NCBI GenBank assembly: GCA_964588795.1
Contig: CAZPQN010000005.1
Span: 11,109-75,108 of the forward strand
DNA length: 64,000 nucleotides
Direction: 5' to 3'
Origin: an uncultured bacterium
Lineage (GTDB): Bacteria > Fidelibacterota > UBA2242
This document shows, piece after piece, positions 1-10,309 of the stretch. The number at the start of each line of letters is the position of its first letter. Position 1 is the stretch's first letter. The notes below the pieces were generated by a model that saw only the letters and a program-made list of their open reading frames with translations, made no database searches and was not told where the DNA came from. The translations under genes were made by a program, and so were the position numbers.

Positions 1-621
1 GGCAGAAAACGCCCGCTGCTCCCAGTCGCGCGGATCAAGAAAGTAACCCTTTTGCAGATAGGCTATGGTTTCCTCCCGACTCAAATAACCATCAACTCCG
101 CGTTGGCAGGCACTATAGGTCGCCACGCCTTCGAGTAACCAGTGCGGAAAATGCCTGAATCGAATACCCGGCATGTTCTGATACAGGATAGTGTGGGAAA
201 GTTCGTGGCGCAGGTAAACATCGAGGTGAATTGTGCCTGTCAATCCGTCATCCTGTCCTTTTGATGACGCAAAAATCCGTCCTCGTACAGGATAAGTAAC
301 AAAGCGCGTCTTGGTACCGGTCAGACGCTGCATTTCTGCCTGGGTTCTGCAGAGAACCAGTTCAGGTTTGTGCTTAAATTTCAAATGATGAAAATCCTCT
401 ACTTGAGGCAGGACTTCTTGCATCGCGAGGAAAGCTTGTGGATGTGTTCCCCGGTGATAAAAAATGACGATCTTCTCCGTCTCCAGACGGCGAAAAGCAG
501 GCATGAACGGCAGCAGACCGGCCAGGCGTCCCCAGCCTAAATGGTAAATTACAACCATGCCTGACAGGATCAGTGTTCCCCGCAGGATATCCGGTACGTG
601 CTTCGATAAGACGGCGTTCAT
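1..621 (-). CDS. Partial hypothetical protein (C-terminus off window) with an HExxH metallopeptidase-like motif
   Basis: My own translation from the ATG at 621 (minus strand) reads MNAVLSKHVPDILRGTLILSGMVVIYHLGW... and stays open for 207 codons to position 1. It has an N-terminal hydrophobic helix and the motif VYLRHELSHTILY (HExxH). An in-frame TAA lies just upstream of the ATG. It is absent from the ORF track because there is no stop inside the window. Confidence 0.6.
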   Translation of the reverse strand, partial: MNAVLSKHVPDILRGTLILSGMVVIYHLGWGRLAGLLPFMPAFRRLETEKIVIFYHRGTHPQAFLAMQEVLPQVEDFHHLKFKHKPELVLCRTQAEMQRLTGTKTRFVTYPVRGRIFASSKGQDDGLTGTIHLDVYLRHELSHTILYQNMPGIRFRHFPHWLLEGVATYSACQRGVDGYLSREETIAYLQKGYFLDPRDWEQRAFSA

Positions 622-915
622 AGTTAAATATTAACCAATCCCGTCCAGGCAGACAAGCAGACCGCCCCGGATGGATTTCCTTCGAATGAACAAAAATCAT
701 TACAGCTCTGCCGCTATCAATTATTTGTTCGATAGTAAGCAACCTTATGGTTCCGATGCGGCTTGTTTTTCTGGTCATTTTTCTTTAATTTTTTAAGCCT
801 TTGGGCATCGAAAAATGGATCCGCAAAACGCTGATTATTACACACAGTCTACCCTGAACCACCGTCTGATTCGCAAGGATGCGGTGATGCCTTTTGATCA
901 CCTGAGCAAGACACC

Positions 916-2613
916 ATGCTAAACCCGGAGGAGAAAAGCATGCCGGTAAACGCCGAACTTGAGCAACTAAAACAAGCCTGGGAGCAGGGACTATTGAAAA
1001 AAACTTTGGTCCGCAATCCGGAATCCAAGCCGGAGTTTACCACGGGTTCATGGTTACCAATCGAAAGAGTCGCTCTGCCATCGCTGACGACGACTGCCGA
1101 ATATTGCGAAAAGCTGGGCTTTCCGGGAGAATACCCTTTTACGCGCGGGGTACAACCAACGATGTATCGGGGGCGCCTCTGGACAATGCGCCAATATGCC
1201 GGGTTTGGCACCGCCGAAGAATCGAACACCCGCTATAAATATCTCCTGAAACAGGGGCAGACTGGCTTATCAATCGCTTTCGATCTGCCAACGCAAATCG
1301 GTTATGATTCCGATGATCCACACAGCACCGGTGAAGTCGGCAAGGTGGGAGTTGCTATTGATACTCTGCATGATATGGAGATCCTTTTTGACGGTATTCC
1401 ACTCGATAAAGTTTCCACGTCCATGACAATCAATGCTCCCGCGGCCATTCTGCTGGCGATGTATCTCGCCGTTGCCGAGAAACAAGGCATCCCCCGCGCC
1501 CAGCTTAATGGTACGATTCAAAACGACATTCTTAAAGAGTACGTCGCACGCGGTACTTACATTTTCCCGCCCAAACCCTCCCTGCGGTTAATTACCAACA
1601 TCTTTGAATATTGTACCCGGGAGGTACCCAAATGGAATACGATCAGCATCTCCGGTTATCATATCCGCGAAGCCGGGGCTACTGCCGTCCAGGAGATTGC
1701 CTTCACCCTTTGTGACGGGATCGAATATGTGAAAACCGCCCTGGCGGCCGGTATGGATGTTGACCAGTTCGCGGATCGCCTGTCATTTTTCTTCAATGCC
1801 CACAATGACCTGTTAGAGGAGATCGCCAAATTCCGCGCCGCGCGGCGCATCTGGGCCAAGATTATGAAAACCAAATTCCAGGCGAAAAATCCCAAGTCCA
1901 TGATGTTGCGATTCCATACGCAAACCGCCGGTTCCACCCTCACCGCCCAGCAATCGGACAACAATATCGTGCGGGTGACTTTGCAGACGCTGGCAGCAGT
2001 GCTGGGTGGCACCCAGAGCCTGCACACCAATTCCCGTGATGAAGCCCTCGGTTTGCCGACTGAGGAATCGGTGCGGTTAGCCTTGCGCACTCAACAGATC
2101 GTCGCCTTTGAATCCGGAGTGACCAATTCGGTTGACCCCCTGGCAGGCTCCTATATCATCGAGGAACTCACTGACCGCATCGAAACCGAAGCCTGGCAGT
2201 ACATCGACCGGATTGAAGAATTAGGCGGTATGGTGAACGCCATCGAGCAGGGTTATGTACAAAAGGAAATTCAGGACGCCGCCTACCGTTACCAGCAGGA
2301 AATCGAAAACCAGACTCGCGTCATCGTCGGTGTCAACCGCTTTATGGTCGAAGAAGAGCTCCCTCAGGATATCCTGCGCGTCGACCCACACTTGCAGGAG
2401 GTTCAAATCACCAAATTGCATCAGGTCAAAGAGCAACGCGACAATCTGACCGTAAAGACCTGCTTGGAAGCAATCCGCCGAGCCGCTCGTCAGTCGGAAA
2501 CGAATTTAATGCCCTTTTTAATTTCCGCGGTGCGCGCCTACGCCTCACTGGGTGAGATTTGTGGCGTGCTCCGTGAAGAATTCGGCGAGTACCGTGAATC
2601 AATAGTATTGTAG
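916..2613 (+). CDS. Methylmalonyl-CoA mutase, catalytic (large) subunit of a split enzyme
   Basis: 565 aa with the hallmark stretch [37 protein letters not shown]...[17 protein letters not shown]. Tyr in RQYAGF and Arg in YVARGTY match methylmalonyl specificity rather than isobutyryl specificity (Phe/Gln). Confidence 0.93.
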   Translation: MLNPEEKSMPVNAELEQLKQAWEQGLLKKTLVRNPESKPEFTTGSWLPIERVALPSLTTTAEYCEKLGFPGEYPFTRGVQPTMYRGRLWTMRQYAGFGTAEESNTRYKYLLKQGQTGLSIAFDLPTQIGYDSDDPHSTGEVGKVGVAIDTLHDMEILFDGIPLDKVSTSMTINAPAAILLAMYLAVAEKQGIPRAQLNGTIQNDILKEYVARGTYIFPPKPSLRLITNIFEYCTREVPKWNTISISGYHIREAGATAVQEIAFTLCDGIEYVKTALAAGMDVDQFADRLSFFFNAHNDLLEEIAKFRAARRIWAKIMKTKFQAKNPKSMMLRFHTQTAGSTLTAQQSDNNIVRVTLQTLAAVLGGTQSLHTNSRDEALGLPTEESVRLALRTQQIVAFESGVTNSVDPLAGSYIIEELTDRIETEAWQYIDRIEELGGMVNAIEQGYVQKEIQDAAYRYQQEIENQTRVIVGVNRFMVEEELPQDILRVDPHLQEVQITKLHQVKEQRDNLTVKTCLEAIRRAARQSETNLMPFLISAVRAYASLGEICGVLREEFGEYRESIVL

Positions 2614-2622
2614 AGGCACGAT

Positions 2623-3027
2623 ATGGTGAAGAAGATCCGCATTTTAATCGCCAAACCCGGCCTTGATGGTCATGACCGCGGGGCTAAGTATATTGCCCGC
2701 GCGCTCAAAGACGCCGGCTACGAGGTCATTTACACGGGAATCCGGCAAACCCCGGAAGCGATTTCTCGCACTGCGATTCAGGAAGATGTAGACTTCGTCG
2801 GTCTCAGCTTACTTTCGGGTGCGCATCGGGAATTATTCCCGCGCGTTGTCCAGCTTTTACGCTCCGCCAATGCCGATGATATTGTCGTTTTCGGCGGAGG
2901 AGTGATTCCGGAAAGCGACATTCCCTATCTCAAGGAAAATGGTCTGGCGGCGATCTTCACCCCCGGCACCGCCATCAGCGAAATTATCACCTTTCTGGAA
3001 AATACTTCCGCCAAGGGACAGGCTTGA
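2623..3027 (+). CDS. Methylmalonyl-CoA mutase, B12-binding small subunit
   Basis: 134 aa. The sequence [29 protein letters not shown] carries the DxHxxG cobalamin-binding signature. It starts 10 nt after the large subunit. Confidence 0.92.
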   Translation: MVKKIRILIAKPGLDGHDRGAKYIARALKDAGYEVIYTGIRQTPEAISRTAIQEDVDFVGLSLLSGAHRELFPRVVQLLRSANADDIVVFGGGVIPESDIPYLKENGLAAIFTPGTAISEIITFLENTSAKGQA

Positions 3028-3986
3028 TTGCTTTAGCCCACCGGATATTGGACGGGGACATGCGCGGCATTGCTCGCGCGATCTCGGCGATTGAAAATGA
3101 GCTTCCTGAAAAAGAAGCGCTGATCGATGAACTGTTCCCGTATTGTGGGCGGGCGGCGGTCTGGGGAATCACCGGAGCACCGGGGAGTGGTAAAAGTTCG
3201 CTGGTTGACCTCTTTATCGAAAATAAACGACGCGCTGGCCAGCGCCTCGCCGTAATCGCGGTTGACCCGACCTCACCCTTCTCCGGCGGTGCGATTCTGG
3301 GTGATCGTTTACGCATGCAACGCCATGCTACGGATGACTCAGTTTTTATCCGCTCAATGGCTTCGCGCGGCCACCTGGGAGGTTTGGCTGGTGCCACGGC
3401 GGACGCCATAAAAATTCTCGACGCGGCGGGTTTCGATCTGATCATCGTCGAGACGATCGGTGTCGGTCAGAGCGAGATCGAAGTGGTCGAACTCGCCGAT
3501 CTGATCATCTTAATCTTAGTGCCGGGAATGGGCGATGACATCCAGGCTTTGAAGGCGGGCATCATGGAGATCGGCGATTTATTTATCATCAACAAAGCCG
3601 ACAAGGATGGGGCTGCGAAACTTAAAACTGAAATCGAATACGTCCTGAATATGCCCAGCGCTATTACCAATTTGCCCAAACCCCCTGTTCTGCTCACTTC
3701 CGCCACCCTGCCGGAAGGTATTGACACGGCTGTCCAGAAAATTGACGAATGCTTTCAGCAATTGGTTCACAGCGGCGAACTACGCCGCCGCCGGAACCGG
3801 CATCTGCAGCGCGAGTTGAATCGCATCGTCATGCAAAAAGTTCGCGCCCTGCTCGACGATCGCTACAATCTGACCCAAGCCCTCGGCGACTGGGTTGAGC
3901 AGATCCGCTCCGCTGATTCGCGCCCTTACAGCCTGGTTAATGCCAAAATCGACACTTTCATTAAGGAGTTGAATGGATTATGCTAG
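3024..3986 (+). CDS. meaB: Methylmalonyl-CoA mutase-associated G-protein chaperone (MeaB/ArgK family)
   Basis: Walker A motif GAPGSGKSS, then [16 protein letters not shown] and INKADK (NKxD). The TTG start overlaps the upstream TGA (TTGA). The conserved N-terminal [12 protein letters not shown] lies downstream of that start. Confidence 0.9.
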   Translation: MIALAHRILDGDMRGIARAISAIENELPEKEALIDELFPYCGRAAVWGITGAPGSGKSSLVDLFIENKRRAGQRLAVIAVDPTSPFSGGAILGDRLRMQRHATDDSVFIRSMASRGHLGGLAGATADAIKILDAAGFDLIIVETIGVGQSEIEVVELADLIILILVPGMGDDIQALKAGIMEIGDLFIINKADKDGAAKLKTEIEYVLNMPSAITNLPKPPVLLTSATLPEGIDTAVQKIDECFQQLVHSGELRRRRNRHLQRELNRIVMQKVRALLDDRYNLTQALGDWVEQIRSADSRPYSLVNAKIDTFIKELNGLC

Positions 3987-4408
3987 AAAAAATTGACCAT
4001 ATTGGTATCGCTGTCAGCCGGCTGGAGGATCATTTAGCATTATATCGTGATGTTTTAATGCTCGAATTTTTAGGCATCGAAGAGGTGGCGGAACAGAAAG
4101 TGCGCACCGCGATTTTCAGGATTGGCGAGGTCAAAATCGAATTGCTGGAAGCTACCCAGCCTGACAGTCCGATTGCCCGGTTTATCGAAAAGCGCGGCGA
4201 AGGTCTGCATCATATCGCCTACCAGACTAATCACATCGGACAGGAAATTAAAAATTTTAAAGAGAAGGGCCTCGTCATGCTCGATGAATTGCCGCGCATT
4301 GGCGCCCATCAGATGCAAATAGCTTTTATTCACCCCCAATCTTCCGGGAAAGTGTTAACCGAAATCTGCCAGAATCCGCAACAATCTCAACCCCAGGAGC
4401 GGTTATGA
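3980..4408 (+). CDS. mce: Methylmalonyl-CoA epimerase (VOC/glyoxalase fold)
   Basis: 142 aa with IDHIGIAVSRLEDHLALYRDVL...IELLEAT...GEGLHHIAY. Its start overlaps the meaB stop (ATGCTAG). Confidence 0.88.
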   Translation: MLEKIDHIGIAVSRLEDHLALYRDVLMLEFLGIEEVAEQKVRTAIFRIGEVKIELLEATQPDSPIARFIEKRGEGLHHIAYQTNHIGQEIKNFKEKGLVMLDELPRIGAHQMQIAFIHPQSSGKVLTEICQNPQQSQPQERL

Positions 4409-5955
4409 GTCGGGAAAGAAAGTTACTCGACCTGAAAGACAAAATCGAGAAGTCGCAGTTGGGCGGAGGCGCTGATGCTATCGCCAAACAGCATGAGCGC
4501 GGCAAACTGACCGCCCGGGAACGCATCAACTTACTGCTCGATCCGCACAGTTTTGAAGAGGTGGACGCATTTCGAATCCACAATTGCACCGATTTCAGCA
4601 TGGCGGAGAAGAAATATTTGGGCGACGGCATTGTCACCGGCTACGGTTCGATTTTTGGCCGGCTGGTGTTCGTTTACGCCTTCGATTTCACGGTTTTTGG
4701 CGGGTCGCTGTCCAAAGTCGTGGCTGAGAAAGTCGTCAAAATCATGGAAATGGCCGCCAAGGTTGGGGCGCCGATAATCGGCATCAATGATTCCGGCGGC
4801 GCCCGGATCCAGGAAGGCGTGGACTCCCTGGCTGGCTATACTGAAATTTTCATGCGCAATGTGCTGTATTCAGGTGTGATTCCGCAAATCAGTGCAATCG
4901 TCGGACCGTGCGCCGGCGGGGCGGTGTATTCTCCCGCATTGACCGATTTCATTGGCATGGTGCGCAAATCGGCGTACATGTTTCTGACCGGACCTAAAAT
5001 CGTCAAGACCGTCACACACGAAGATGTGACCGCCGAAGAACTGGGTGGAGCGGATGTCCATGCCTCAAAAAGTGGCATCACCCATTTTACCTTCGATGAT
5101 GAACAGAGTCTGTTTGCCGGTCTGCGCGAGTTGATCTCTTACCTGCCGCAGAATAACACCGAGCAACCGGTTGTCGGAGACACGACTGACGCCATCGATC
5201 GTGTCGACGAAGAATTAAACTACCTTGTCCCCGACAATCCCAACAAGCCCTATGACATGCGGGAAATCCTGGTGCGAGTTCTCGATCATGGTAAATTTTT
5301 CGAGGTGCAGGCTGGTTTTGCGCCGAATATGCTGGTCGGATTCGGACGCCTCAATGGCCGAACCACCGGGATTGTCGCCAACCAACCGCGTTCTCTGGCT
5401 GGCGTAATTGACAGCAATGCCTCCAACAAGGCCGCTCGTTTCGTCCGCTTCTGTGATTGTTTTAATATCCCGATCGTGACCTTTGAGGACGTACCGGGGT
5501 TCATGCCGGGCACCGCCCAGGAATTCAATGGCATTATCAAACATGGCGCGAAAATGCTCTACGCCTATGCCGAAGCAACCGTCCCCAAAATTACTGTCAT
5601 CACCCGCAAAGGTTACGGTGGGGCTTTCTGTGTCATGAATTCCCGGCAGTTGCGCGGTGACTACAGCTTGGCCTGGCCTTCCGCAGAAATCGCAGTCATG
5701 GGGCCGCAGGGAGCCGCGGAGATAATCTTCGCCAGGGAAATCAAGGAATCCGAAAAGCCCGCCGAACGATTCGGCGAACTGGTCGAGGAATACCGGGAAA
5801 AATTCGCCAATCCGTATATCGCCGCCGCGAAAGGCTACATTGATGAAGTAATTGAGCCGAAAGTCACGCGCTACAAACTGATAAAGACTCTGGCAATGTT
5901 GGCGAATAAACGCGACGTCAATCCTCCTAAAAAACACGGTAATATACCCCTGTAA
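4405..5955 (+). CDS. mmdA: Methylmalonyl-CoA decarboxylase alpha subunit (carboxyltransferase, propionyl-CoA carboxylase beta family)
   Basis: 516 aa acyl-CoA carboxyltransferase with GKLTARERINLLLD, GGSLS and NDSGGARIQEG. ATGA overlap with mce. It is followed by OadG-like, BCCP and OadB-like genes. Confidence 0.9.
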   Translation: MSRERKLLDLKDKIEKSQLGGGADAIAKQHERGKLTARERINLLLDPHSFEEVDAFRIHNCTDFSMAEKKYLGDGIVTGYGSIFGRLVFVYAFDFTVFGGSLSKVVAEKVVKIMEMAAKVGAPIIGINDSGGARIQEGVDSLAGYTEIFMRNVLYSGVIPQISAIVGPCAGGAVYSPALTDFIGMVRKSAYMFLTGPKIVKTVTHEDVTAEELGGADVHASKSGITHFTFDDEQSLFAGLRELISYLPQNNTEQPVVGDTTDAIDRVDEELNYLVPDNPNKPYDMREILVRVLDHGKFFEVQAGFAPNMLVGFGRLNGRTTGIVANQPRSLAGVIDSNASNKAARFVRFCDCFNIPIVTFEDVPGFMPGTAQEFNGIIKHGAKMLYAYAEATVPKITVITRKGYGGAFCVMNSRQLRGDYSLAWPSAEIAVMGPQGAAEIIFAREIKESEKPAERFGELVEEYREKFANPYIAAAKGYIDEVIEPKVTRYKLIKTLAMLANKRDVNPPKKHGNIPL

Positions 5956-5967
5956 GGACACACTCAA

Positions 5968-6306
5968 ATGGGTCATTCAGAACTATTCATTGCGGTCATG
6001 GGTATTGTAGTAGTGTTTGGCGGCCTGATTCTGATTGCGGTGGTTGTTTCTATCTTCAATCGGTTTTTCACGCCCCGGGAATCCAATCCGGTACCCAACC
6101 TAGCTAACCTCGACGCACCAGTTGTATCTGAGAATGGCGCAGTAGTTCCGGCAGATCATCTCGTGGCGATTGCTACCGCGATTGAATGTTATCGAAAAAT
6201 TCACTTCGATATTCTCCAGACCAGGATCACCTTTCAAACCGGTGCCCCCCAGACCGCCTGGCAATTACATATGAACAACACCCAACGCGTTGACCTGAGG
6301 AAATAG
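5968..6306 (+). CDS. OadG/MmdD-like small membrane subunit of a Na+-translocating decarboxylase
   Basis: 112 aa with a single N-terminal TM helix (LFIAVMGIVVVFGGLILIAVVVSIF). Its position between the carboxyltransferase and BCCP genes fits this assignment. Confidence 0.7.
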   Translation: MGHSELFIAVMGIVVVFGGLILIAVVVSIFNRFFTPRESNPVPNLANLDAPVVSENGAVVPADHLVAIATAIECYRKIHFDILQTRITFQTGAPQTAWQLHMNNTQRVDLRK

Positions 6307-6309
6307 AAT

Positions 6310-6765
6310 ATGAAGCCCAAGACCTTTGAGCTGGATATCAACGGACACAATTACACAGTCACGATTAATGAATTCACCGCCCACGAAGCCGTGCTGACCG
6401 TCAATGACCAAAAATACCGGGTCGGACTAAAAGACCTCGGTTTGGAACAAATAGCCGACATTAAGCCGAAATCCACTCCCGTTGTGGAATCCAAAATCAG
6501 CAGTGCACCGGTACCTTCGACTGCTCTGCACCGTCCCAAAGCCGTGCTGGACTCGGCAGCGATTATCGCACCATTGCCGGGTCTGATCCAGCATGTCAGT
6601 GTGCGCGTCGGTGACCAGGTAAAAGCCGGCCAGCAAGTAATTACCATGGAAGCCATGAAAATGGAAAATGAAATCCAATCCGGGCGTGATGGAGTAGTCA
6701 AAGAAGTTAAAGTCCAGGTCGGCGATTCCGTCAATGAAGGCGATGTTCTGATCGTACTCGAGTGA
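6310..6765 (+). CDS. mmdC: Biotin carboxyl carrier subunit of the decarboxylase
   Basis: The C-terminal biotinyl domain carries the motif EAMKMENEI (biotinylated Lys in AMKM). An Ala/Pro-rich linker precedes it. Confidence 0.9.
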   Translation: MKPKTFELDINGHNYTVTINEFTAHEAVLTVNDQKYRVGLKDLGLEQIADIKPKSTPVVESKISSAPVPSTALHRPKAVLDSAAIIAPLPGLIQHVSVRVGDQVKAGQQVITMEAMKMENEIQSGRDGVVKEVKVQVGDSVNEGDVLIVLE

Positions 6766-6781
6766 GAGGTCAAGTTACGTT

Positions 6782-7951
6782 ATGGAAATTTTTCTGAAAA
6801 TCCTGCACACAACCGGTTTGGCCAACATCAGTCTGGGTAATATTGTTATGATTCTGACTGGGGCTTTGGCGGTTTACGTCGCTATCGTGAAAAACTACGA
6901 ACCGCTGTTATTGCTCCCCATCGGATTCGGCATCATCATTGGCAATATCCCCTCCATTCCCGGCATCCCCATCGGGGTTTTCGACACGGTCGCCAATGGC
7001 AGTTCCTCAAACAGTGTTTTCAGCCTGATTTATTGGTGGGTTACTTCCGGGCTTTTTCCGCCGCTGATATTTTTAGGTATCGGGGCTTTGACCGATTTTT
7101 CGTCGCTGATTTCCAATCCCAGGTCACTATTATTGGGAGCGGCGGCCCAGATCGGTATTTTTGTGACTTTCACCGGAGCGATCCTGCTCGGTTTTACCGC
7201 CCGCGAAGCCGCCTCCATCGGCATAATCGGCGGTGCGGATGGGCCCACCTCAATTTTTCTGTCTTCGCAGTTGGCGCCGCATTTGTTAGGGCCGATCGCC
7301 ATTGCCGGTTATTCCTACATTGCGCTGGTTCCGCTCATTCAGCCGCCGGTCATGCGCGCATTGATCACTTCCCGTGAAGCGCGTATTCGCATGAAGCCCG
7401 CTCGGCGCGTCTCGAAAAAGGAAAAAATACTCTTCCCGATCATCGTAGCTATTCTGGCCGCGCTAATCGTGCCGGGTTCGATTCCCTTGGTGGGAATGTT
7501 AATGCTGGGCAATTTACTGAAAGAAAGCGGCGTGACAGACCGACTGGCGCGCACGGCCGGCAACGCCCTGCTTGACGTCTGCACCATCTTGCTCTCTTTT
7601 ACCGTAGGCGCCAGCACCCAGGCGACACGGATCGTTGACGGAGTGGATGTAGGTTTTCTGACTCCGCGGGCACTGGGGATCTTTTCCCTCGGCTTCTTTT
7701 CCTTCATCGTCGCCACTGCCGGCGGATTGCTGTTCGCCAAGCTGATGAATCTGTTTCTTAAGGAAAAAATCAATCCCCTGATCGGAGCGGCGGGTGTTTC
7801 CGCTGTGCCAGATTCGGCACGCGTAGTGCATGTTTACGGACATAAATTCGATCCTGACAATCACTTGCTTTTTCACGCGATGGGCCCCAATGTCGCAGGT
7901 GTTATCGGTTCCGCGATTGCCGCAGGAATTTTTCTATCCCTTTTCAAATAG
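6782..7951 (+). CDS. mmdB: Na+-transporting decarboxylase beta subunit (OadB/MmdB/GcdB family)
   Basis: 389 aa polytopic membrane protein with GFGIIIGNIP, GADGPTSIF and GAAGVSAVPDSARV, all typical of the OadB family. Confidence 0.9.
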   Translation: MEIFLKILHTTGLANISLGNIVMILTGALAVYVAIVKNYEPLLLLPIGFGIIIGNIPSIPGIPIGVFDTVANGSSSNSVFSLIYWWVTSGLFPPLIFLGIGALTDFSSLISNPRSLLLGAAAQIGIFVTFTGAILLGFTAREAASIGIIGGADGPTSIFLSSQLAPHLLGPIAIAGYSYIALVPLIQPPVMRALITSREARIRMKPARRVSKKEKILFPIIVAILAALIVPGSIPLVGMLMLGNLLKESGVTDRLARTAGNALLDVCTILLSFTVGASTQATRIVDGVDVGFLTPRALGIFSLGFFSFIVATAGGLLFAKLMNLFLKEKINPLIGAAGVSAVPDSARVVHVYGHKFDPDNHLLFHAMGPNVAGVIGSAIAAGIFLSLFK

Positions 7952-8043
7952 AAAATTACGGGAGCAGCCCACAAGCACTTTCCGGGCAATGATTCCGGAG
8001 GTCCGCTATTGAGGCAGACGGGATGACAATTCCAGGTGCAGCT

Positions 8044-10203
8044 TTAGAATAAATGCCCGATAGAAAAATACAACAGGTTCCGATCTCTCAGGTCGTATCC
8101 ATAATCGAGACTGATGGGACCGACGGGAGTGGGAATGACGATTCCCGCACTGACCGCCATCCGGGAATCGCGCCAGTTAAAGTTATCAATCCCCTCCCAG
8201 ACGTTGCCGAAAGTTCCGTACAGACTATAAAAAATACCGGAAGTCAACGGCGCGCGTAAACCTAAGCCGACTGTCCCGACTAAGTTACCCCAGAGCTCAT
8301 CCTGATGCCAGCCGGGCAGGGAGTGCAGGCCGCCTAACCTGAATTTTTCGTAGTGACTGAGGGCGACATTGATATAACCGATCCTTATATGGGTCGAAAA
8401 AGTGTACTTATCGGAGTAGGTTTCATAGTTCGAGGATTCGACGGAGATGCGGTCAAATTGTTTGAAATTGTCTTCGGATACCGAGTGTTCGTAACGCAGA
8501 TCGTTGAGGCGTCCGTTGCGTGGCAGGTCATGATCATCAGTATTATCAACAAAAATTCGGGACACGAGGCTGAAGGAGGTATAATCATATTCGCGGAGCG
8601 GATCGACGACTGATTTATAGGCGTGAATTTTTTCCAATTTAATACCAAAGGCGGTCAATCCGACGCGTTTTATCTGCAACCCGGCGTTGGCTTCCAGGCC
8701 CAGGCGATAATGTTCGCCAAAATCAACGCGGCGGCCGTCATCATACAGGGGGACAGTCTCGTAGCGATAATACAGCGAAGTGTAACCGGTGAAATTGGAA
8801 ATCAAAATCCGGGTAGAGCGGGCGTCCCATTCGATTTTGCGTAGCAAATCGCTGGCAATGAAAAAAACCTGATTATCTAAACCGGTGCCGAGTAAATTGT
8901 TGTACTTAGCCTGGAGGAAGGCGCTGGCTTTGCGTTCGCTGTCATAATGCGTTCCGAAGGAGAACAGGGTGCGGGCTTCTTCTTCCACCTCGACCATGAC
9001 ATCCGCCTGGTTCTGACCCACTTTGCGGAGCGACATGTAGACATTTTTGAATAAGCCCGTACTGAACAGGTTTTTCATACTACGTCGGGCGAGCGCGCTG
9101 TTCCAGGGAGCGCCTTCCTGCAATTGCATTTCCCGTCGCATGACGAAATTGCGGGTAACTCGGTTGTTGTTAAAAGTTATACTCCGGATCGTGGTCTGGT
9201 TTAGTTCCTGCTGTGAACGGGCCAGGTAATCGGGATCTTTTTTCTGATTGGTGGCGTACGGGCGGATGTTTTCAAGGTAGGGCAAAGTTGAGCGATAACC
9301 AGCCTCTACGAGGACACTCACCGAATCAAAATCTGCGGCGGAAATCTGGTCAATTTGCGGGCGGATCAGAACGTCAGCCAGTTCTAAATTCCGAGTATCG
9401 GACATAAACGACAGAGTATTCATCGCCTGCCCGAAAATTTCCAATACGTCGAAATTGGGCTTCAGCGGCAAAACCTTACTGCTGGCGTCCACTGCGATGA
9501 TAAATTCCGCTCCCAGCTCACGGGCGACATCGCAAGGCACATTATTGGTCAAGCCCCCGTCAACTAACAGCATCGAATCATACGCTACGGGCGCCAGGGC
9601 GATGGGAAAAGCGGAGCTGGAAGTCACCGCCTTGGCCAGATTGCCTTGTTTAATGACAACAGTCTTGCCGGTCTTGATGTCGGTGGCGACGATCCGCAGG
9701 GGGATCGCCAGGCTGTCGAAATCGGCCCGGGCCGCGAATTCGGGATAAACGGTCTCCTGAAAAATGCGCTCCTGCAAGGCCTGGGTCGAGAGCAGATTCT
9801 TGGGATAAATGACGTTGAAATTTTCATCAAAGCGCAGAGCAAATAAAGCCGGCAGTTCCATAATTTTTTGAGAAACGAATTCGATATCGCGAAAGGGTTT
9901 CGGAGTCAGCAATTTGCTCCAGCGGGTGCTCGTGACCAGCTTTTCAATTTGTTCCGGCGTGTTGCCGCTGGCATACAACGCCCCGACGATTGCTCCGACG
10001 CTGGTGCCGACGATCAGGTCGGGATAGAAGCCGATTTCCTCGAGAGCCTTGATGACACCGACATGCACAAAACCGCGGGCGCCGCCACCGCTGAGTACCA
10101 GCGCCGTCTTAACCCGGGTTGGTTCCTGCGCCCCCAAAACGGCGGTAATTATCAGCGTGGTGATGATTGACCGACCGAGATATGTCGCGGTGAAGCGTGT
10201 CAC
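8044..10203 (-). CDS. Patatin-like phospholipase fused to POTRA/Omp85-type beta-barrel (PlpD-like, type Vd secretion architecture)
   Basis: Signal peptide followed by GGGARG (oxyanion hole), GTSVGA (GxSxG) and VDGGLTNNVP (catalytic Asp). The C-terminal roughly 350 aa are beta-strand-rich and end in an aromatic residue (...SIGHLF). Confidence 0.85.
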   Translation of the reverse strand: MTRFTATYLGRSIITTLIITAVLGAQEPTRVKTALVLSGGGARGFVHVGVIKALEEIGFYPDLIVGTSVGAIVGALYASGNTPEQIEKLVTSTRWSKLLTPKPFRDIEFVSQKIMELPALFALRFDENFNVIYPKNLLSTQALQERIFQETVYPEFAARADFDSLAIPLRIVATDIKTGKTVVIKQGNLAKAVTSSSAFPIALAPVAYDSMLLVDGGLTNNVPCDVARELGAEFIIAVDASSKVLPLKPNFDVLEIFGQAMNTLSFMSDTRNLELADVLIRPQIDQISAADFDSVSVLVEAGYRSTLPYLENIRPYATNQKKDPDYLARSQQELNQTTIRSITFNNNRVTRNFVMRREMQLQEGAPWNSALARRSMKNLFSTGLFKNVYMSLRKVGQNQADVMVEVEEEARTLFSFGTHYDSERKASAFLQAKYNNLLGTGLDNQVFFIASDLLRKIEWDARSTRILISNFTGYTSLYYRYETVPLYDDGRRVDFGEHYRLGLEANAGLQIKRVGLTAFGIKLEKIHAYKSVVDPLREYDYTSFSLVSRIFVDNTDDHDLPRNGRLNDLRYEHSVSEDNFKQFDRISVESSNYETYSDKYTFSTHIRIGYINVALSHYEKFRLGGLHSLPGWHQDELWGNLVGTVGLGLRAPLTSGIFYSLYGTFGNVWEGIDNFNWRDSRMAVSAGIVIPTPVGPISLDYGYDLRDRNLLYFSIGHLF

Positions 10204-10309
10204 GTTAAAAGTTACTAATCTGCACTCAGTTCACCAAGCGCTTCGCGATGCGCAACGACAACTAAGGCTTATGGGATTAAATATCTATGTACAGATTCTG
10301 GCGACGTTC

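Noticed and set aside
374-778. 134-aa minus-strand ORF from the track
   Set aside because: It is Arg/Ser/Pro/Gly-rich and has no recognisable motif. It overlaps, in another frame, a much more protein-like 207-codon reading frame (1-621, HExxH motif) that runs off the window edge.
622-915. Possible cobalamin riboswitch upstream of the B12-dependent mutase operon
   Set aside because: I looked for a B12-box-like element. Only a weak resemblance (AGCAGACCGCC around 655-670) was found, without the surrounding conserved helices. That is not enough to call. An Infernal scan with RF00174 would settle it.
5215-5976. 253-aa antisense ORF inside mmdA, and similar long antisense ORFs at 49571-50338 (255 aa), 10049-10717 (222 aa), 14398-14952 (184 aa), 50976-51554 (192 aa) and 31498-32004 (168 aa)
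   Set aside because: Each lies entirely opposite a gene with strong family motifs. Each has low-complexity, Arg/Gly/Asp-biased composition typical of shadow ORFs in GC-rich coding DNA. None shows a recognisable motif.
8044-10203. Patatin phospholipase as a CBASS or other abortive-infection effector
   Set aside because: It has a signal peptide and a fused Omp85-type barrel, which is the secreted PlpD architecture. No cyclase, sensor or other defence partner is nearby.
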